A stretch of 63,983 nt of DNA, filler included, from Octopus bimaculoides (lineage: Eukaryota): NCBI RefSeq assembly GCF_001194135.2. It is 6 parts of 6 records of this genome, joined end to end, with 100 filler letters (N's around TTAATTAATTAA, not from the genome) between each part and the next. Parts side by side here need not be neighbours in the genome. Positions count along the whole stretch, not along the records: positions 16,326 to 41,516 come from NC_068990.1; positions 41,617 to 51,214 come from NC_069001.1; 4 more parts are not named here. One strand, given 5' to 3'. Both the position numbers and the translations under genes were made by a program. The notes below the pieces were generated by a model that was not told the DNA's origin, searched no databases, and saw nothing but the letters and a program-made list of their open reading frames with translations. This document shows positions 35,261 to 49,036 of this stretch, one piece after another (the first letter of the stretch is position 1; each line of letters starts with the position of its first letter).

Positions 35261-36977
35261 TCAGGTATCTGAAAATAAAATTTAGTTTTTTAGAGTGAAA
35301 GATCCCCAAAAGATCTCACAATAATGTTGGCTCAATCATAAAGACTCAAGCTCATTGCTTATTTTTGGTTTGCAGTTGTATTAAATAGATGAGAAATAAA
35401 TCTTTCCCGAAGTGGGGCACTGATCTGTTCCAAGTAATGCAAGCTGGAATTTCATTTTCAATAACTGGATTGATGCTGGATTGCTCCCCATCACATGTCA
35501 TTTGGGCACAACTTTTCAGCACATTACTGTGACAATCACTGATAGAATATGCATTAGTAGATCCAGAGCACGCTTCCGTTGGCTTTTCCAGCAATTCAAC
35601 ATCATAACATTTTCCAATGTTATGAATTCTTGTCAGTTTCCTCTGGTACTTGGTCTTCCAGATTGAGCTATGTCTTCAGTTTAAATAGTATCAATTTGAC
35701 TGTTGAGAAAGTTGATACAAGCTTAATGATAATGAGTATCAGTTATTTTAACATAATTGACTTTGGCACATATTTACTGTTTGGATTAAACTGTCTTAGC
35801 AAAACTTCTCTGAATGCAGACAGCCACCCACATAAAGTTTGTTACATTGACAAGAAATGCTGGGAATTAAATAGTCTTTAATGAGGCATCAAGTTAGTTG
35901 CAGTGGGAAAGAGAAATTTAATTGTATGAAGCAATTCCCTTAAAATGTTACTGCCTTTGTTTAATGGCAGCTTTCTTGAATAAAAATAAGATTATAATTC
36001 TCTAAGAAGATTTGTTTAGGAGTTCTACACAACTGTTTCCAGTAAGATGACACGTTTGCCACAAAAATAAAACATCTCAGAATATAAATTGGAATCTTCA
36101 TTCAGAGTGGATTGAAGCTGGAGCAGTAAATATGCAGAATATATTTTGATGACAGTGAAATACTGTAGGCATTGTCATATCTGAATATTCAGATCCAAAA
36201 GCAAACTAGGTAGAGAACCATTGAAGCTGATGCTGACATACTTCAATGGTTGAATACACTTAATAAGTTTAGCATGATGGGGATCAAAACCATAGGGTTC
36301 TAATTCTTCGTATGATCCTTTTTTTTATTATATTTTAAATTTAAAATGCTAAGTTCTTAGATCTGACACAGTGCCATAATCACATCATTCCAGAACAAAA
36401 TAAGTGTTTATGTAAATCTGTGATTCTAAGAGATGTTATAGAAGAACATCCGGTAGAGTATCAGCAGCTGAATTTTCTTTGTCAGGTGTGTGTTGAATAT
36501 CATAATTAAAGAGTGATAATTCTATGCACATGCACCAATGAAGAATCTTATTCATTTTCCACTTCTTTTGTTATTAACTATAAATGAGATCACTTGTTGA
36601 TCAGTGTATTATGTAAAATAGCCTGAAAGCTAAAATGTTTTCTATTTTCTTACACTTTCTATTGGTGGCTGTAACTTCCTTTTCAAATGATGAGAAATTT
36701 TATTGATAGTGATGAAGAATTTTTGAGAAGAGAGCAACGCCCACAATTTTAGTTGCAGAAACCTCAGTTTCAATATATAGGTGTGAGAGAACCATTAACA
36801 ATTGCAGCTCTAAGCAAATGAATAGCATCTATTTGTCTCTTTTACAATGTAAAAGTAGGATTTAACAAGGGTTGAATTAGTTCCAAGAAAGAAGACACAT
36901 TTAAATTAATAACTGAGCAAACCTTGTAGTTGTTCCACATTGTTAGGTGCCAGGTAATAAATGAGAGGTTTAATACT

Positions 36978-37238
36978 TTATAGGTCAGGTTGCAAGGAAT
37001 TAATTTCTATTTTGTATCCTAGGTAACAAATGCATGCTTGGTGGAGATGACATTTACCATTGTTCAATGTAATGTTGAGTTTCTTAGTAAGTGAAATAAA
37101 TTTAGCCAAGTTCTCATTGCGTTCCTCAATGATTTTGCCAATGACAATAACATTGTCAAAGGCATGAACTTCTTTGATTGCATTGTCAGTAAATATACCA
37201 TTTGTCACACTTTGAAAACTGCATATAGCATAAGTCAC
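36978..37238 (-). pseudogene. Ty3/Gypsy reverse transcriptase fragment
   Basis: FDNVIVIGKIIEERNENLAKF...LNITLNNGKC....ICYLGYKI...LQPD matches the YxDD-to-thumb region; the catalytic motif is degenerate. Confidence 0.75.
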
Positions 37239-38417
37239 ACAAAAGGTAACCTTATAAGCTAAAATAAGTATCCATCAACTTCAGATGTAGAATATATCTT
37301 AGTGTCATTGTGGAGTAGAATTTGATGATATGCTGCTTTCAGAATCAATTTCCAATAGAATTTATAAGAAAATAGAACACTCATGATCTTCAATATCAGG
37401 AAGTACATAAACATGCAGAAAGCAGTAATTTACCATTAGTTGATAACAAGACAGTGTTAGCCATTATTTCTTATCACTCACCACAGGGAGACTGCAGGTG
37501 CAATAATATTGTCATTAAGAAGTTATTTAAACTTTCTTAATAAATATTTCATGAAGTGTAAAAAAGCAGCAAAATTTTATAGGAATTGGTTCCAAGTCTT
37601 TGTTTGTACATGAAAAAATATGAGAAGAGGTCACTGACGTAAGAACAAGATAAGCAATAGTAAGATTTTTGTTAACGATGCTCCAAGATTCAATGTAATA
37701 ATGTTGTGGTAGTCAAAGAAGTGGTGTCCCAGAATTATAGAAAAACACATTAAACAAAACACTTTAATCCACCTTTGATTGCAAATATCCACATGAGAAG
37801 AAATTTGAAATTTAAATGAAAAATTAGATTGAGTTGCCAATCCTATTCAAAGACAGTACCAAGATGTTGGGAGTGAGAGCCTTTTGCAAACAACTTCATC
37901 TCTGAAACTGGATGCACTGCCTGAACTGAGTAAAATACCAACACATTGGATAGTAGTATATATATATATACTGACAAAGGCTTTTTCAAATGTGATTATT
38001 TGATATCCCTTTGCTGTAGTGACTCTTTTGATCAACATCGTTATGAAAGATATCAAACTTTTTTTTCAGTTGGGTAAGTTTTAGTCTTTGTTAGACAAAT
38101 AGAGTAGTCATGATAGAAGCTAGCACAAAAATAGCATCCTTGTTGGAAGGTAGGACCACTGGTAATTCTCTGCATTTCTTTGGATAAATTCCAGAGAATG
38201 AGTTTTTAGTGATTACCAGTTCCAAATTCAATAAGGTATTCTCGAGGAATCTATATTAAATATGGTCACTGGTAACCTTTTGTTTTTTTAACAGCTTCAA
38301 GAGAAAAAGCTTTAATGATTGCTTGTTCCAAATCCTGTAAATTATTCTCAAGGAGTCTTTGTGGAATACAATCAGTAAGAAATCCTAGAAATAAAGGAAT
38401 TTCTAAAGCATTTTTCT

Positions 38418-38475
<58 letters not shown>

Positions 38476-38982
38476 CAGTAATTACAATTTGAAATACCTG
38501 TGCCTGGAGAGGGTGCATAGGAATTTCCTAAAAGTTTCACAGTTTTTACTTGGTTATTGTCTTCATGAATGTAACTAAAATCTGCAAAGATTACATTTAA
38601 CAGAGATGTGATCAAAGATAATTTATACAGTAATGTAGTCAATATAATCAGTGATATAGCTGAACACTGAAAGTGAGATAAATTTGGTACACAGAGTGAA
38701 TTTTTGCTGTTCAGCTGAGTTTGGGAATTCAACAAGAAAATTTAAGAAACACTGTGCACATTATGTTCTAGTATCAGATGTAGTTGAAGGAATCTTTCTA
38801 TTGTTATTGTTGTAACAAGAAAATGGGTGCCAAACCAATCATTTTATTCAGCTCAAACATACAACTTCAATTTAAGAAGCACAAGTATAAATGTCTGTAT
38901 TTATTGCAAATGGCTGGTTGCCAGCATTCAACTAGAATGTACCATAATGCACCTCAACCGGAAGTAGCTATTTCTAGCATTA

Positions 38983-39240
38983 CTAAAAATAACCAGAGCA
39001 GTGAACAAGTGGGACTAGTGAGTTATTAAAAATAACCAAAGCAATTATCAAATGTAATTAGTGTTATAAAAAATAACCAGAGTAGTCATCATGTATAATT
39101 AATGTATTAATAAAATAACCAGAAGAGTAAAGTGTAATGAGCTTGTTCGTAAAATTAACCAAGGCAGTCATCAAGTATGATCAGTGTATGTCAGGAAAAT
39201 TAATGAGAGCAGTTCTAAAATGTGATTAATACATTAGTTA
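38983..39240. repeat. Old ~42-bp minisatellite, ~6 diverged units
   Basis: Recurring AAAATAACCAGAGCAGT-like block every ~39-45 bp. Confidence 0.7.
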
Positions 39241-40120
39241 AAAACAAAAAGGGAAATATGTTTGTCTTTTAATGTATTGATAAAATAAACAAACAAATAA
39301 AAATGTCAAGAATGCTAGTGTGTTGCTACAAAAAAAAAGGAAATATCAAAAAAATAATGTCAATCATTTTCCAATGAAGGGGACCTGAGTTACATTTTTC
39401 TTATTCTCAAAACATATTTCCATATTTATGGCACTCCACTGTATTAACTTACACCACCACAACTACCACCACCACCACCACCACCACTACCACCACCACC
39501 AACACCACTACCACTCACTGCCACAAATTCTAGTGATTATATTTTGATTATCAAATCTTCTCTGCTTGAAATTCTATTTGCAACCGAAAGCAAAAATAAA
39601 GAACATATAAGAAAAATGAAATGAATTAAATATTGATTTAGAAAACCATATATTTCTCTTTGAATTTTATTATTTACATATTCATTGACATACATATATG
39701 TATATGTGAGTGTGTGTAAGTATGTATATATATATGTAACTGTTTTCTTTCATTTATGAACGCCTTTATCAATTTCACTGTCACTTTCTTCAGTCCAGAG
39801 ACATCAATTACCAAAATTTTATTTGTAAAGGCTAAAAAAATACATACAAATACACACATACACACACACACACGTGCACACACACACGTGCACACACACA
39901 CCTAAACACTAAGATGTGCAATCGCACACACATACATACACGCACACATACATACATGCATACATACATACATACATACATACATACATACATACATACA
40001 AACATACATACAGACATGCACATACAAAGAATGATATATACACATATATTACACTCATATTTAATAACTCACCCATTAATATCTGATGCAAATACATTGT
40101 TGTGCATAAATGCATATTCA

Positions 40121-40162
<42 letters not shown>

Positions 40163-40446
40163 ATTCGAGCGATATCACTGCTATATCTCATTCTCCTCTG
40201 ATGATGGAATAGATAACCACAATATGGATAGCTACCATTTGTTTTGCACAAGATGCACCATATATTCTTGGAACAGTTGTGAGAGACTCTGCATGCCTTA
40301 TTGCTTCCTTCCTTCTTATGTATACTTCTTGTGTATACTCATATAAAAATTCAGCCATCATGTTTCAATTTATAAATGTCATAATCAAACCCAACGCCTG
40401 TTGTTTACTTATTTATACTTTTATCCTATTATGAGTATGTGCATAT

Positions 40447-40486
<40 letters not shown>

Positions 40487-40488
<2 letters not shown>

Positions 40489-40778
40489 CATTATCATCAT
40501 CATCATCCTGGCATGGGTGGGATGGTTTGACAAGGGTCGGCCAAGCAGAAGCCTGCACCAGACTTTTGTAACTGTTTTGGCAGGATTTTTACAGTTGGAT
40601 GCCCTTCCTAATGCCAACCACTCAGCAGAGTGGACTTAGTGTTTTTTTATGTGGCACAAGTAATAGAAATCATGCTGAATCAGACTGGAGTCGGGTGCAG
40701 CCCCTCTACTTACCAGCTTTGGTCAAACTGTCCAACCCATGCCAACATGGACAATGGACGTTAAATGATGATGATGAT
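40487..40778. mobile_element. Short element with inverted termini ending in (CAT)n/(ATG)n
   Basis: TGGCATGGGTGGGATGGTTTGAC (40509-40531) vs GTCAAACTGTCCAACCCATGCCA (40722-40744); related fragments near 9460-9510, 21060-21150, 23490-23600. Confidence 0.6.
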
Positions 40779-41056
40779 ATATTGGTAAAGCTTTCCTGTA
40801 TATATACATAAATGTATTTGTTTCCCCATATAAATTGCACTTCATGTTTGAGGCTCTGATGAAACTGTAAGGTGTTACTCAGGCACTCAACTATGAATCC
40901 ACTACTTCTTATAAGGGAAACAGCTGTAAGCTAATGAAATACATAAAATAATCATTTTTCCATTGTAATCTTAATCATGTGTGTGGGGGAGGTATGTGTG
41001 TGTGTGAGTGTGTTCGTAGACAGACATGTTTATGCATTTCTAGTAGTAGTGGTACT

Positions 41057-41091
<35 letters not shown>

Positions 41092-41092
41092 C

Positions 41093-41146
<54 letters not shown>

Positions 41147-41856
41147 CTGTAATAACTATTAACGATGAGTTATTTGACAAGAGTGCAGATTCTTCAAAAG
41201 GCAGTCACGTAATATGGACTGATGTCTCCAGGCCTCGGCCCTGGTGTCCTTTCTGCTTTGTTCTACTACACACTCATTCATCCATCTGTTCACACACACA
41301 CACACACACGCACACACACACACATACACACACGCACAAACATACACGCATGCACATATATATGTATATACAGATATGAACATATATATACATGTATGTA
41401 TGTACGTATATATGTGTGTGTGTGTGTATATATATATATATGTATGTGTGTGTATGTATATGTATATGTGTGTGTGTATATATATATATATATATGCATA
41501 TATATATATATATATANNNNNNNNNNNNNNNNNNNNNNNNNNNNNNNNNNNNNNNNNNNNTTAATTAATTAANNNNNNNNNNNNNNNNNNNNNNNNNNNN
41601 NNNNNNNNNNNNNNNNCTCTTCCTCCTCTCTCTCTCTCTCCCTCTTCCTCCTCTCTCTCTTCTCTTCTATCGCTCTCATTTTTTTCTCCTTCTGTCTATC
41701 TCTCTCTCCGTCTCTGTCTTCAGCTAAAAAAAAAAAAAATCAACGTTTGACTGAAGACGAGGTTTTTAAATTGTACAACTGCTTCGTTTGGAAAAGATGT
41801 GTATTGTATTTAGCTACAATTTCTTTACAACATTCTACAGGAACTACACGCATTTG

Positions 41857-41857
41857 C

Positions 41858-41914
<57 letters not shown>

Positions 41915-42167
41915 TGTAGTATTAGTAGTACTGGAAACAGCAGTAGTAATATTATTATTATTATTATCATTTATTTATTTTTTTATTTATTTAATTGTTT
42001 TATCATTTCATTATATGTAGGCCTCCCCCACGCTTTATGTCTGTCTTTGCATTGTTGCCTTCATCCTCAGCCCTGGTGGCAAATAAATGAAATCACTATT
42101 ATTATTTTTACTATTTTCATTATTATTATTATCATTATTATCATTATTATTATTATTATTATTATTA

Positions 42168-42223
<56 letters not shown>

Positions 42224-42251
42224 GTTATTATTATTATCATCATCATCATCG

Positions 42252-42291
<40 letters not shown>

Positions 42292-42302
42292 CATTATTAT
42301 TA

Positions 42303-42337
<35 letters not shown>

Positions 42338-42347
42338 ATTATTATTA

Positions 42348-42441
<94 letters not shown>

Positions 42442-42508
42442 CCCCCACACCTGCTGGCCTTGTTCCAACATTTGAAACCATTATTATTATTAGTAGTTGT
42501 AGCAGCAT

Positions 42509-42546
<38 letters not shown>

Positions 42547-42560
42547 ATAGTAGTAGTAGT
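41857..42560. repeat. Compound trinucleotide microsatellite (TAG)n/(TAT)n/(CAT)n
   Basis: Directly visible; source of several spurious poly-I/L/N ORFs. Confidence 0.95.
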
Positions 42561-44149
42561 AGGTTATTTAAATAAACACAATTTGATGTGTTACCAGAGT
42601 AAATAATGTTATTGGCAATACATGAAACCAAAATTGAAAATGGAGGAAAAAAACACAAGATTTGGATTCTTACCACACACATATTTTAAATTACATTTCT
42701 TATTCTCTCTTTCTCTCCCTCCACATTTGTCTACATGTATTTGAGCGAACACGTCTGTTTGTTTGCTTGTATTTGTGTGTTTGCTGCAATATGAAATTTT
42801 ATTACCATAAAATCGTGAAAAACTTAAAAAAAAAGAAGCTGGCGTAGTTATGGCTGTGTGGTAAGGAGCTTGCCTCCTAACCACATGTTTCTGGGTTCAA
42901 TCGCACTGCGTGGCAACTTGAGCAAAAGAGACCGATAGGATAAGTACTAGGCTTAAAAAAAGTCAGGATGTTGATTTGTTCGGCTAAAATCCCAAAATGA
43001 CTGGATGAATTGAAAGAATAAAAGAAGAGAATGTTAAGGCGACGAAGCTGGCAGAATGGTTAACACGCCGGGCAAATACTTTGAGACATTTCGTCCGTCT
43101 ATATGTTCTGAGTTCAAATTCTGCCGAGGTCGACTTTGCCTTTTAATACTTTGATCCTTTCAAGATTGATATAATAAGTACCAGTTGAACACTGGGGTCG
43201 ATTTAATGAACTTATGCCCAACCCAGAATTGCTGGCCTTGTGCAAAAAATTTGAAAGCATTATTGTGCATGTCATATATATATATATATAATATATATAT
43301 ATATAGTTTTAGGGTTAGGGTTAGGGTTCATGAGGTCATCGATGAAAATCCAGTCACTTATAGAAAAATTAATAAGTAAAANNNNNNNNNNNNNNNNNNN
43401 NNNNNNNNNNNNNNNNNNNNNNNNNNNNNNNNNNNNNNNNNNNNNNNNNNNNNNNNNNNNNNNNNNNNNNNNNNNNNNNNNNNNNNNNNNNNNNNNNNNN
43501 NNNNNNNNNNNNNNNNNNNNNNNNNNNNNNNNNNNNNNNNNNNNNNNNNNNNNNNNNNNNNNNNNNNNNNNNNNNNNNNNNNNNNNNNNNNNNNNNNNNN
43601 NNNNNNNNNNNNNNNNNNNNNNNNNNNNNNNNNNNNNNNNNNNNNNNNNNNNNNNNNNNNNNNNNNNNNNNNNNNNNNNNNNNNNNNNNNNNNNNNNNNN
43701 NNNNNNNNNNNNNNNNNNNNNNNNNNNNNNNNNNNNNNNNNNNNNNNNNNNNNNNNNNNNNNNNNNNNNNNNNNNNNNNNNNNNNNNNNNNNNNNNNNNN
43801 NNNNNNNNNNNNNNNNNNNNNNNNNNNNNNNNNNNNNNNNNNNNNNNNNNNNNNNNNNNNNNNNNNNNNNNNNNNNNNNNNNNNNNNNNNNNNNNNNNNN
43901 NNNNNNNNNNNNNNNNNNNNNNNNNNNNNNNNNNNNNNNNNNNNNNNNNNNNNNNNNNNNNNNNNNNNNNNNNNNNNNNNNNNNNNNNNNNNNNNNNNNN
44001 NNNNNNNNNNNNNNNNNNNNNNNNNNNNNNNNNNNNNNNNNNNNNNNNNNNNNNNNNNNNNNNNNNNNNNNNNNNNNNNNNNNNNNNNNNNNNNNNNNNN
44101 NNNNNNNNNNNNNNNNNNNNNNNNNNNNNNNNNNNNNNNNNNNNGTTAG

Positions 44150-44195
44150 TGGCGATGTTGGTGATAAGTATGATGATGCTGATGATGAAGATGAA

Positions 44196-44227
<32 letters not shown>

Positions 44228-44398
44228 GGAGGAGGAGGAGGAGGAGGAGAAGAAGGATGACATTGACGTTGATGGTGATCAAAACGACGACGCTGATGAT
44301 ACGTCGACTTCCACGTCGTCGTGGTCTCGGCCATTGTCATCATGATCATCATCATCATCATCATCGTCGCCGTGATCATCATCATCATCGTCGCCGTG

Positions 44399-44446
<48 letters not shown>

Positions 44447-44472
44447 GTCATCAATATCATCTTCACCACCAC

Positions 44473-44511
<39 letters not shown>

Positions 44512-44593
44512 AAAAATGATAATGTTAAGGATTGAGACGCTGCTGTTGTTCACGACGACGAGGACGACGATGACCCATCTCTTTCACTCTCTG

Positions 44594-44647
<54 letters not shown>

Positions 44648-44652
44648 CATCC

Positions 44653-44721
<69 letters not shown>

Positions 44722-44750
44722 CCTATTTATCTATCTATCTACCCGTATCT
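44150..44750. repeat. Compound microsatellite (GAT)n/(GAG)n/(CAT)n/(ATCT)n
   Basis: Directly visible. Confidence 0.95.
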
Positions 44751-44751
44751 A

Positions 44752-45105
44752 TCTAACCGTTCTGCACGCACTCGTACAGTGTCCCACCATTTCCGAGCTG
44801 TGGGCTTACGTCGAACAACTGCTATCGCGTGTGGGACGAGTCGGTCTATCAGCCGAGTCTATCGTGAATATTGTCGCGCCTCCTTCCTTTAAACGGGAAC
44901 GAAGAGCTATTTTCATCGTACTTGTGGCTATGGCGAAAGAATGTGTATGGTGGACGCGTCTGAAAGATCTAGAGACAAAGACTTTCCTCTCTGGGCAATC
45001 TCTCATCAACTTCTTCAAGTATCACCTGAAGAGGAAGTTGAGAGTAGAAAGGGAAGTCTTGTCTAGTGAATGCTTCAAAAAAAGATGGGTGAATGTAGCA
45101 AGGAT
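44752..45105 (+). pseudogene. L1/Tx1-like LINE ORF2 C-terminal fragment
   Basis: TVLHALVQCPTISELWAYVEQLL...AKECVWWTR...FFKYHLKRKLRVER...FKKRW resembles the H-x3-C zinc-knuckle end and downstream tail of Tx1/L1 ORF2; open frame; truncated by a gap. Confidence 0.7.
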
Positions 45106-45399
45106 NNNNNNNNNNNNNNNNNNNNNNNNNNNNNNNNNNNNNNNNNNNNNNNNNNNNNNNNNNNNNNNNNNNNNNNNNNNNNNNNNNNNNNNNNNNNNNN
45201 NNNNNNNNNNNNNNNNNNNNNNNNNNNNNNNNNNNNNNNNNNNNNNNNNNNNNNNNNNNNNNNGAGTGTGTCTAAATGTGTGTGTTTGTGTCGGAATAAA
45301 TCATTTTTACGTCTATATTTGACAGCAATTCCGTTCCGAATGGTAATTAACGGATTTCCGATGTCTCCAGATAGTAATAGATATAAGGCTTTATGACTA

Positions 45400-45815
45400 C
45401 ACGCACACATGTACCCACATATTCAAACATACACACATAAACACATATGCATACCAATACACACACACATGCGAACTCATTCACACACTTAAATATACAC
45501 AAACACACATACACACACATACGCAGACGCACACAGAAAAGCACATATACACATACACACACTGTTGCACATTCATACACACATACACGAACACACATAC
45601 ATACACATATACACTCACATACGCTGACGCACTCAGAAAAGCACATATACACATACACACACTGTTACACATTTATTCACACGTACACACATACACGAAC
45701 ACACGTACATACACATATACACACAGATACGCAGGCGCACACAGGAAAGCACAGATACACATACACACATACAAGACCACTCTCACACACATTCATACAT
45801 TTACAAGCAAGCACA
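45400..45815. repeat. CA/TA-rich degenerate tandem repeat, period ~100-108 bp
   Basis: CAGAAAAGCACATATACACATACACACACTGTT at 45534 and 45634; third variant near 45742. Confidence 0.75.
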
Positions 45816-46189
45816 TAGCCTTATAGATTCTTTATCAAAATACTCAACTGCACCCCACCCGATTTCCACTATATACATATTATATAAAATATACAAAATA
45901 TATATAAAAAAATACTTAAGCACCTGTTACATTTTATTTTCTCATTGAGGGTATTTTCGTTCTTCTATCACTATTCCTGTCTCACATCTTTTGTTTTTGT
46001 GACATCTTAAAATATAACGTCTTAACTCGTTATTGCTATATAAAGAATAAAGAATAAAGAATAGGAAAAATAAACAAGCACACAGGCGTGGCTGTGTGGT
46101 AAGAGGTTTGCTTCCCAACTATGTGGTTGCGGTTTCAGTCCTACTCTGTGGCACCTTGGAGCAAGTTTTGTCTATTATAGCCTCGTGCC

Positions 46190-46500
46190 GGCTAAGGATC
46201 CTTGTGGGAGAATTCAGTGGACGGCTACTCGAAGAAGCCCTGCCCTGTTTAACATTGTCTCAAAGCTGATCAAAGGGGAAAAGGATCTCATCACCTTTAA
46301 ACGGAATCTGGACAAATTTCTTCAAGGAATACCAGATAAGCCACCTATACCTGGATACAACTCACTCAACAAGAACTCCCTACTTGAATGGACCATGATA
46401 CCACAAAACTTGACTTTAAAAGGATTTAGATAATTCTATCAGGTGATGTTATTAAGTTAGACATGGCCTGGACTAATCTTTGGTCGAAACATATCTAAGT
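46190..46500 (+). pseudogene. CR1/L2-group-like LINE 3' end (ORF C-terminus + 3' UTR stem-loop) following a SINE A head
   Basis: RSPALFNIV..LIKG...FKRNLDKFLQGIPDKP..GY..NSLLEW; SINE head at ~46083-46190. Clade assignment is tentative. Confidence 0.6.
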
Positions 46501-47689
46501 TTATGTATATAAAGTCTATTATAGTCGAAATGCAATGACAGGAATTTATGAATGAGCAGATTCTCGAGTAGCGAGGATAGATGATGTATATTTAGGGAAG
46601 AAATATTTGGTAAAGATAAACTGCGTCGGTAACGGATAAAATTGATATAGGGAGAGAAAAAGAGACAATGATGACACGGCGATGATTGAGAGTCGGAGAA
46701 AGGAAATGGCTGCAAAGCTCTTTCCACTAGACGCAATGAATAAATGATACATGTTGCAGGAAGCTAGAGAAACAGGTGCCGAACAGAAGTAAAGAGCCAG
46801 AACAAGGGAAATATGTATGAGTAACGAGAGATTGCATTTGTTTGGCAAATGAGTTGATAGAGGTGGGTGGAGTGACATCTGTATCTGATTGTCAAATTAT
46901 CAGATTCTTTGATTGTGAAATTGTCAGATTGTCGAAATAACGGGAAAAGAATGTGGTTTAGAGAGATATAAAAAAAAATCGAAACACGAGAGTCCCGTAA
47001 ATAAAATTATTCTACAAATTAATGACATTTATAGAAAGTTATGGAATGGAGTAGTGTCTGTTGTTGTTGTTGCTGTTATCTAATGTCATCATTTATTTTT
47101 TTGTTGGTGTTTTTCTTTTCATCCTTTATCTTCTTTTACTCGTTTCAGTCATTTAACTGTGGCCATGCTGGGGCACCACCTTCACGGGGTTTAGTCGAAC
47201 AAATCGACCCCAATACATATTTACTTAACGTCTGGTGCTTGTTCTAATGAATGAAAAGATTCAAGTTAAAGAAGTGCAATAATAATGTTTAGCAGTTCAA
47301 AACTGTGAGCAGTGAAATGCAGAATTAGGTCGGCTGATCGTTGGTTCAAAGTAATGGAACACAAACAATGAAATGGGTTATTTCCCTTGGGTGTTTAAAA
47401 AAATAGTTATATAAGATATATATAAAGGTCCCTTCCAGGGGCCGTGTTATCGATTTTTTCAACAATCTAAGTATGTCATGAGGTTTCCAAACATGAGTTC
47501 TACTCACGTGTCAAGTTTTATAAAAATCAATAAAACGATATAGGAGGAGTTAGCTAACAACGCCACAAACAAACACACACCGATTTTTCACATATGTAGT
47601 ATATATATAATTCTATTTCAAAGCAGCTTGTTCGAGAAACGAAATGTCAGACATACTAATAGCGAGAAACATTAATATCTCAATAACTA

Positions 47690-48060
47690 AACCAGAAAAA
47701 TATTATCAAAGTGTTATGTGTAGTCCATTCACCTGTTTGGAGCTCAAACATGGACGTTAGCAAGAGTATTATGAAATAGATTAGAAGCATTTGAGTTGAG
47801 GCTACGCTATATAAAAGACGCTGGTGAACATCATGGGATCTACACAAAGCTTACGATGAAGTGATACGTAAAACTAGCTAAAGACTAAGAATTTTTTATT
47901 AACGAACATCAAAGAGAGGAAACTTGAAATATTTTTGAGCATTTAATTAGAAAAAATGACTCACAGAAATTGTTAATAGACGGCAAAGTGAATGTGAGTT
48001 GAGTAAAAGGAAGAAGCAAGAATTATGTGGATAAATAATATGGAGAATTGGACAGACTTG
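47690..48060 (+). pseudogene. RTE-like LINE C-terminal fragment, highly decayed
   Basis: LFGAQTWTL....RLEAFEL and a downstream DGKV / GR..IMWINNMENWTD-like segment across frameshifts. Confidence 0.55.
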
Positions 48061-48476
48061 TTATAGAGCCTAAGAATGACCGAGACGGTTATTTATGTTC
48101 TTTGACCTGCTGAGAGCAGACGAAATCTAATGTTGGTTATACGTACCTCTGCACAAACATATACCATACCTATATATATATACATACTAACATATACATA
48201 TATATATATATATACACATACATACATACATTAATATATATATGTATATATATATATATATATATATAAATATATATAATATTATATTATATTTATATTT
48301 ATAGTTATATATAAACGTTTTCGTACGCCGCAGTTATAGGGTTGTGTTTTTTACTGCTTATTAAATCTCAGCAAAAGAGACAAGAAAGAAAGTCAAAAAC
48401 GCCACCTCTGTGATATTATAGTTACTCAAATATTGACGTCAATAAAATAGATAAATAGATAGATAGATGGATAAAC

Positions 48477-48516
<40 letters not shown>

Positions 48517-48892
48517 TAGTCTTAATGTGAAATAATGGGGCCCGATTCGTTTGACTGAAAGCTTTCAGGTAGTGTCCAATCTTTTCCGATGTCTAATGAC
48601 TGAAACAAGTATAAGATTTTAAGAATGCACTTCTCCTCCCCCCACCTCACACATGTAGAATGACAAAGGAAGTTATTGATGGCTGCTTAATAGACGAATT
48701 ATCTTAAAAATAATGCAACATTTATCGCGGTAACAGCATTAGTAAATACCTGTAAAACGTTTTTAAAGTAATCCGATTGAAAAATAGGTGTCAGGTGTTC
48801 TTTTGTATGAACAGTTATGATGTCTACTTTGTAATACCATGTATGTGAGGCTCGATTTTGTCTGTCTGCGCGCCCGTCCGTCTGTCCGCCGG

Positions 48893-48938
<46 letters not shown>

Positions 48939-49001
48939 GTCGCCATGATTGATCGCTGACCAAAACATTCAATTTTTTTCTCCTTGTTTTTCTCCTTATT
49001 T

Positions 49002-49036
49002 TTTTCTGTTGAAGAGCGTAGCTCGAAACGTTAAAG
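49002..49036 (+). ncRNA. Hammerhead-like motif with a core variant (CUGUUGA)
   Basis: TTTT-CTGTTGA-A-GAGC-GTA-GCTC-GAAA-CG-TT-AAAG; A6 position is T. Confidence 0.45.

Noticed and set aside
35352-35594. 80-aa minus-strand ORF in unique-looking sequence
   Set aside because: No motif, no convincing splice context, neighbouring frames full of stops.
38983-39240. CRISPR-like appearance
   Set aside because: Eukaryotic context, repeats not identical, interspaces mutually homologous, no cas genes.
43309-43328. (TTAGGG)3 (also ~27588-27605)
   Set aside because: Too short for a telomere or fusion relic; such runs occur inside repeats and by chance.
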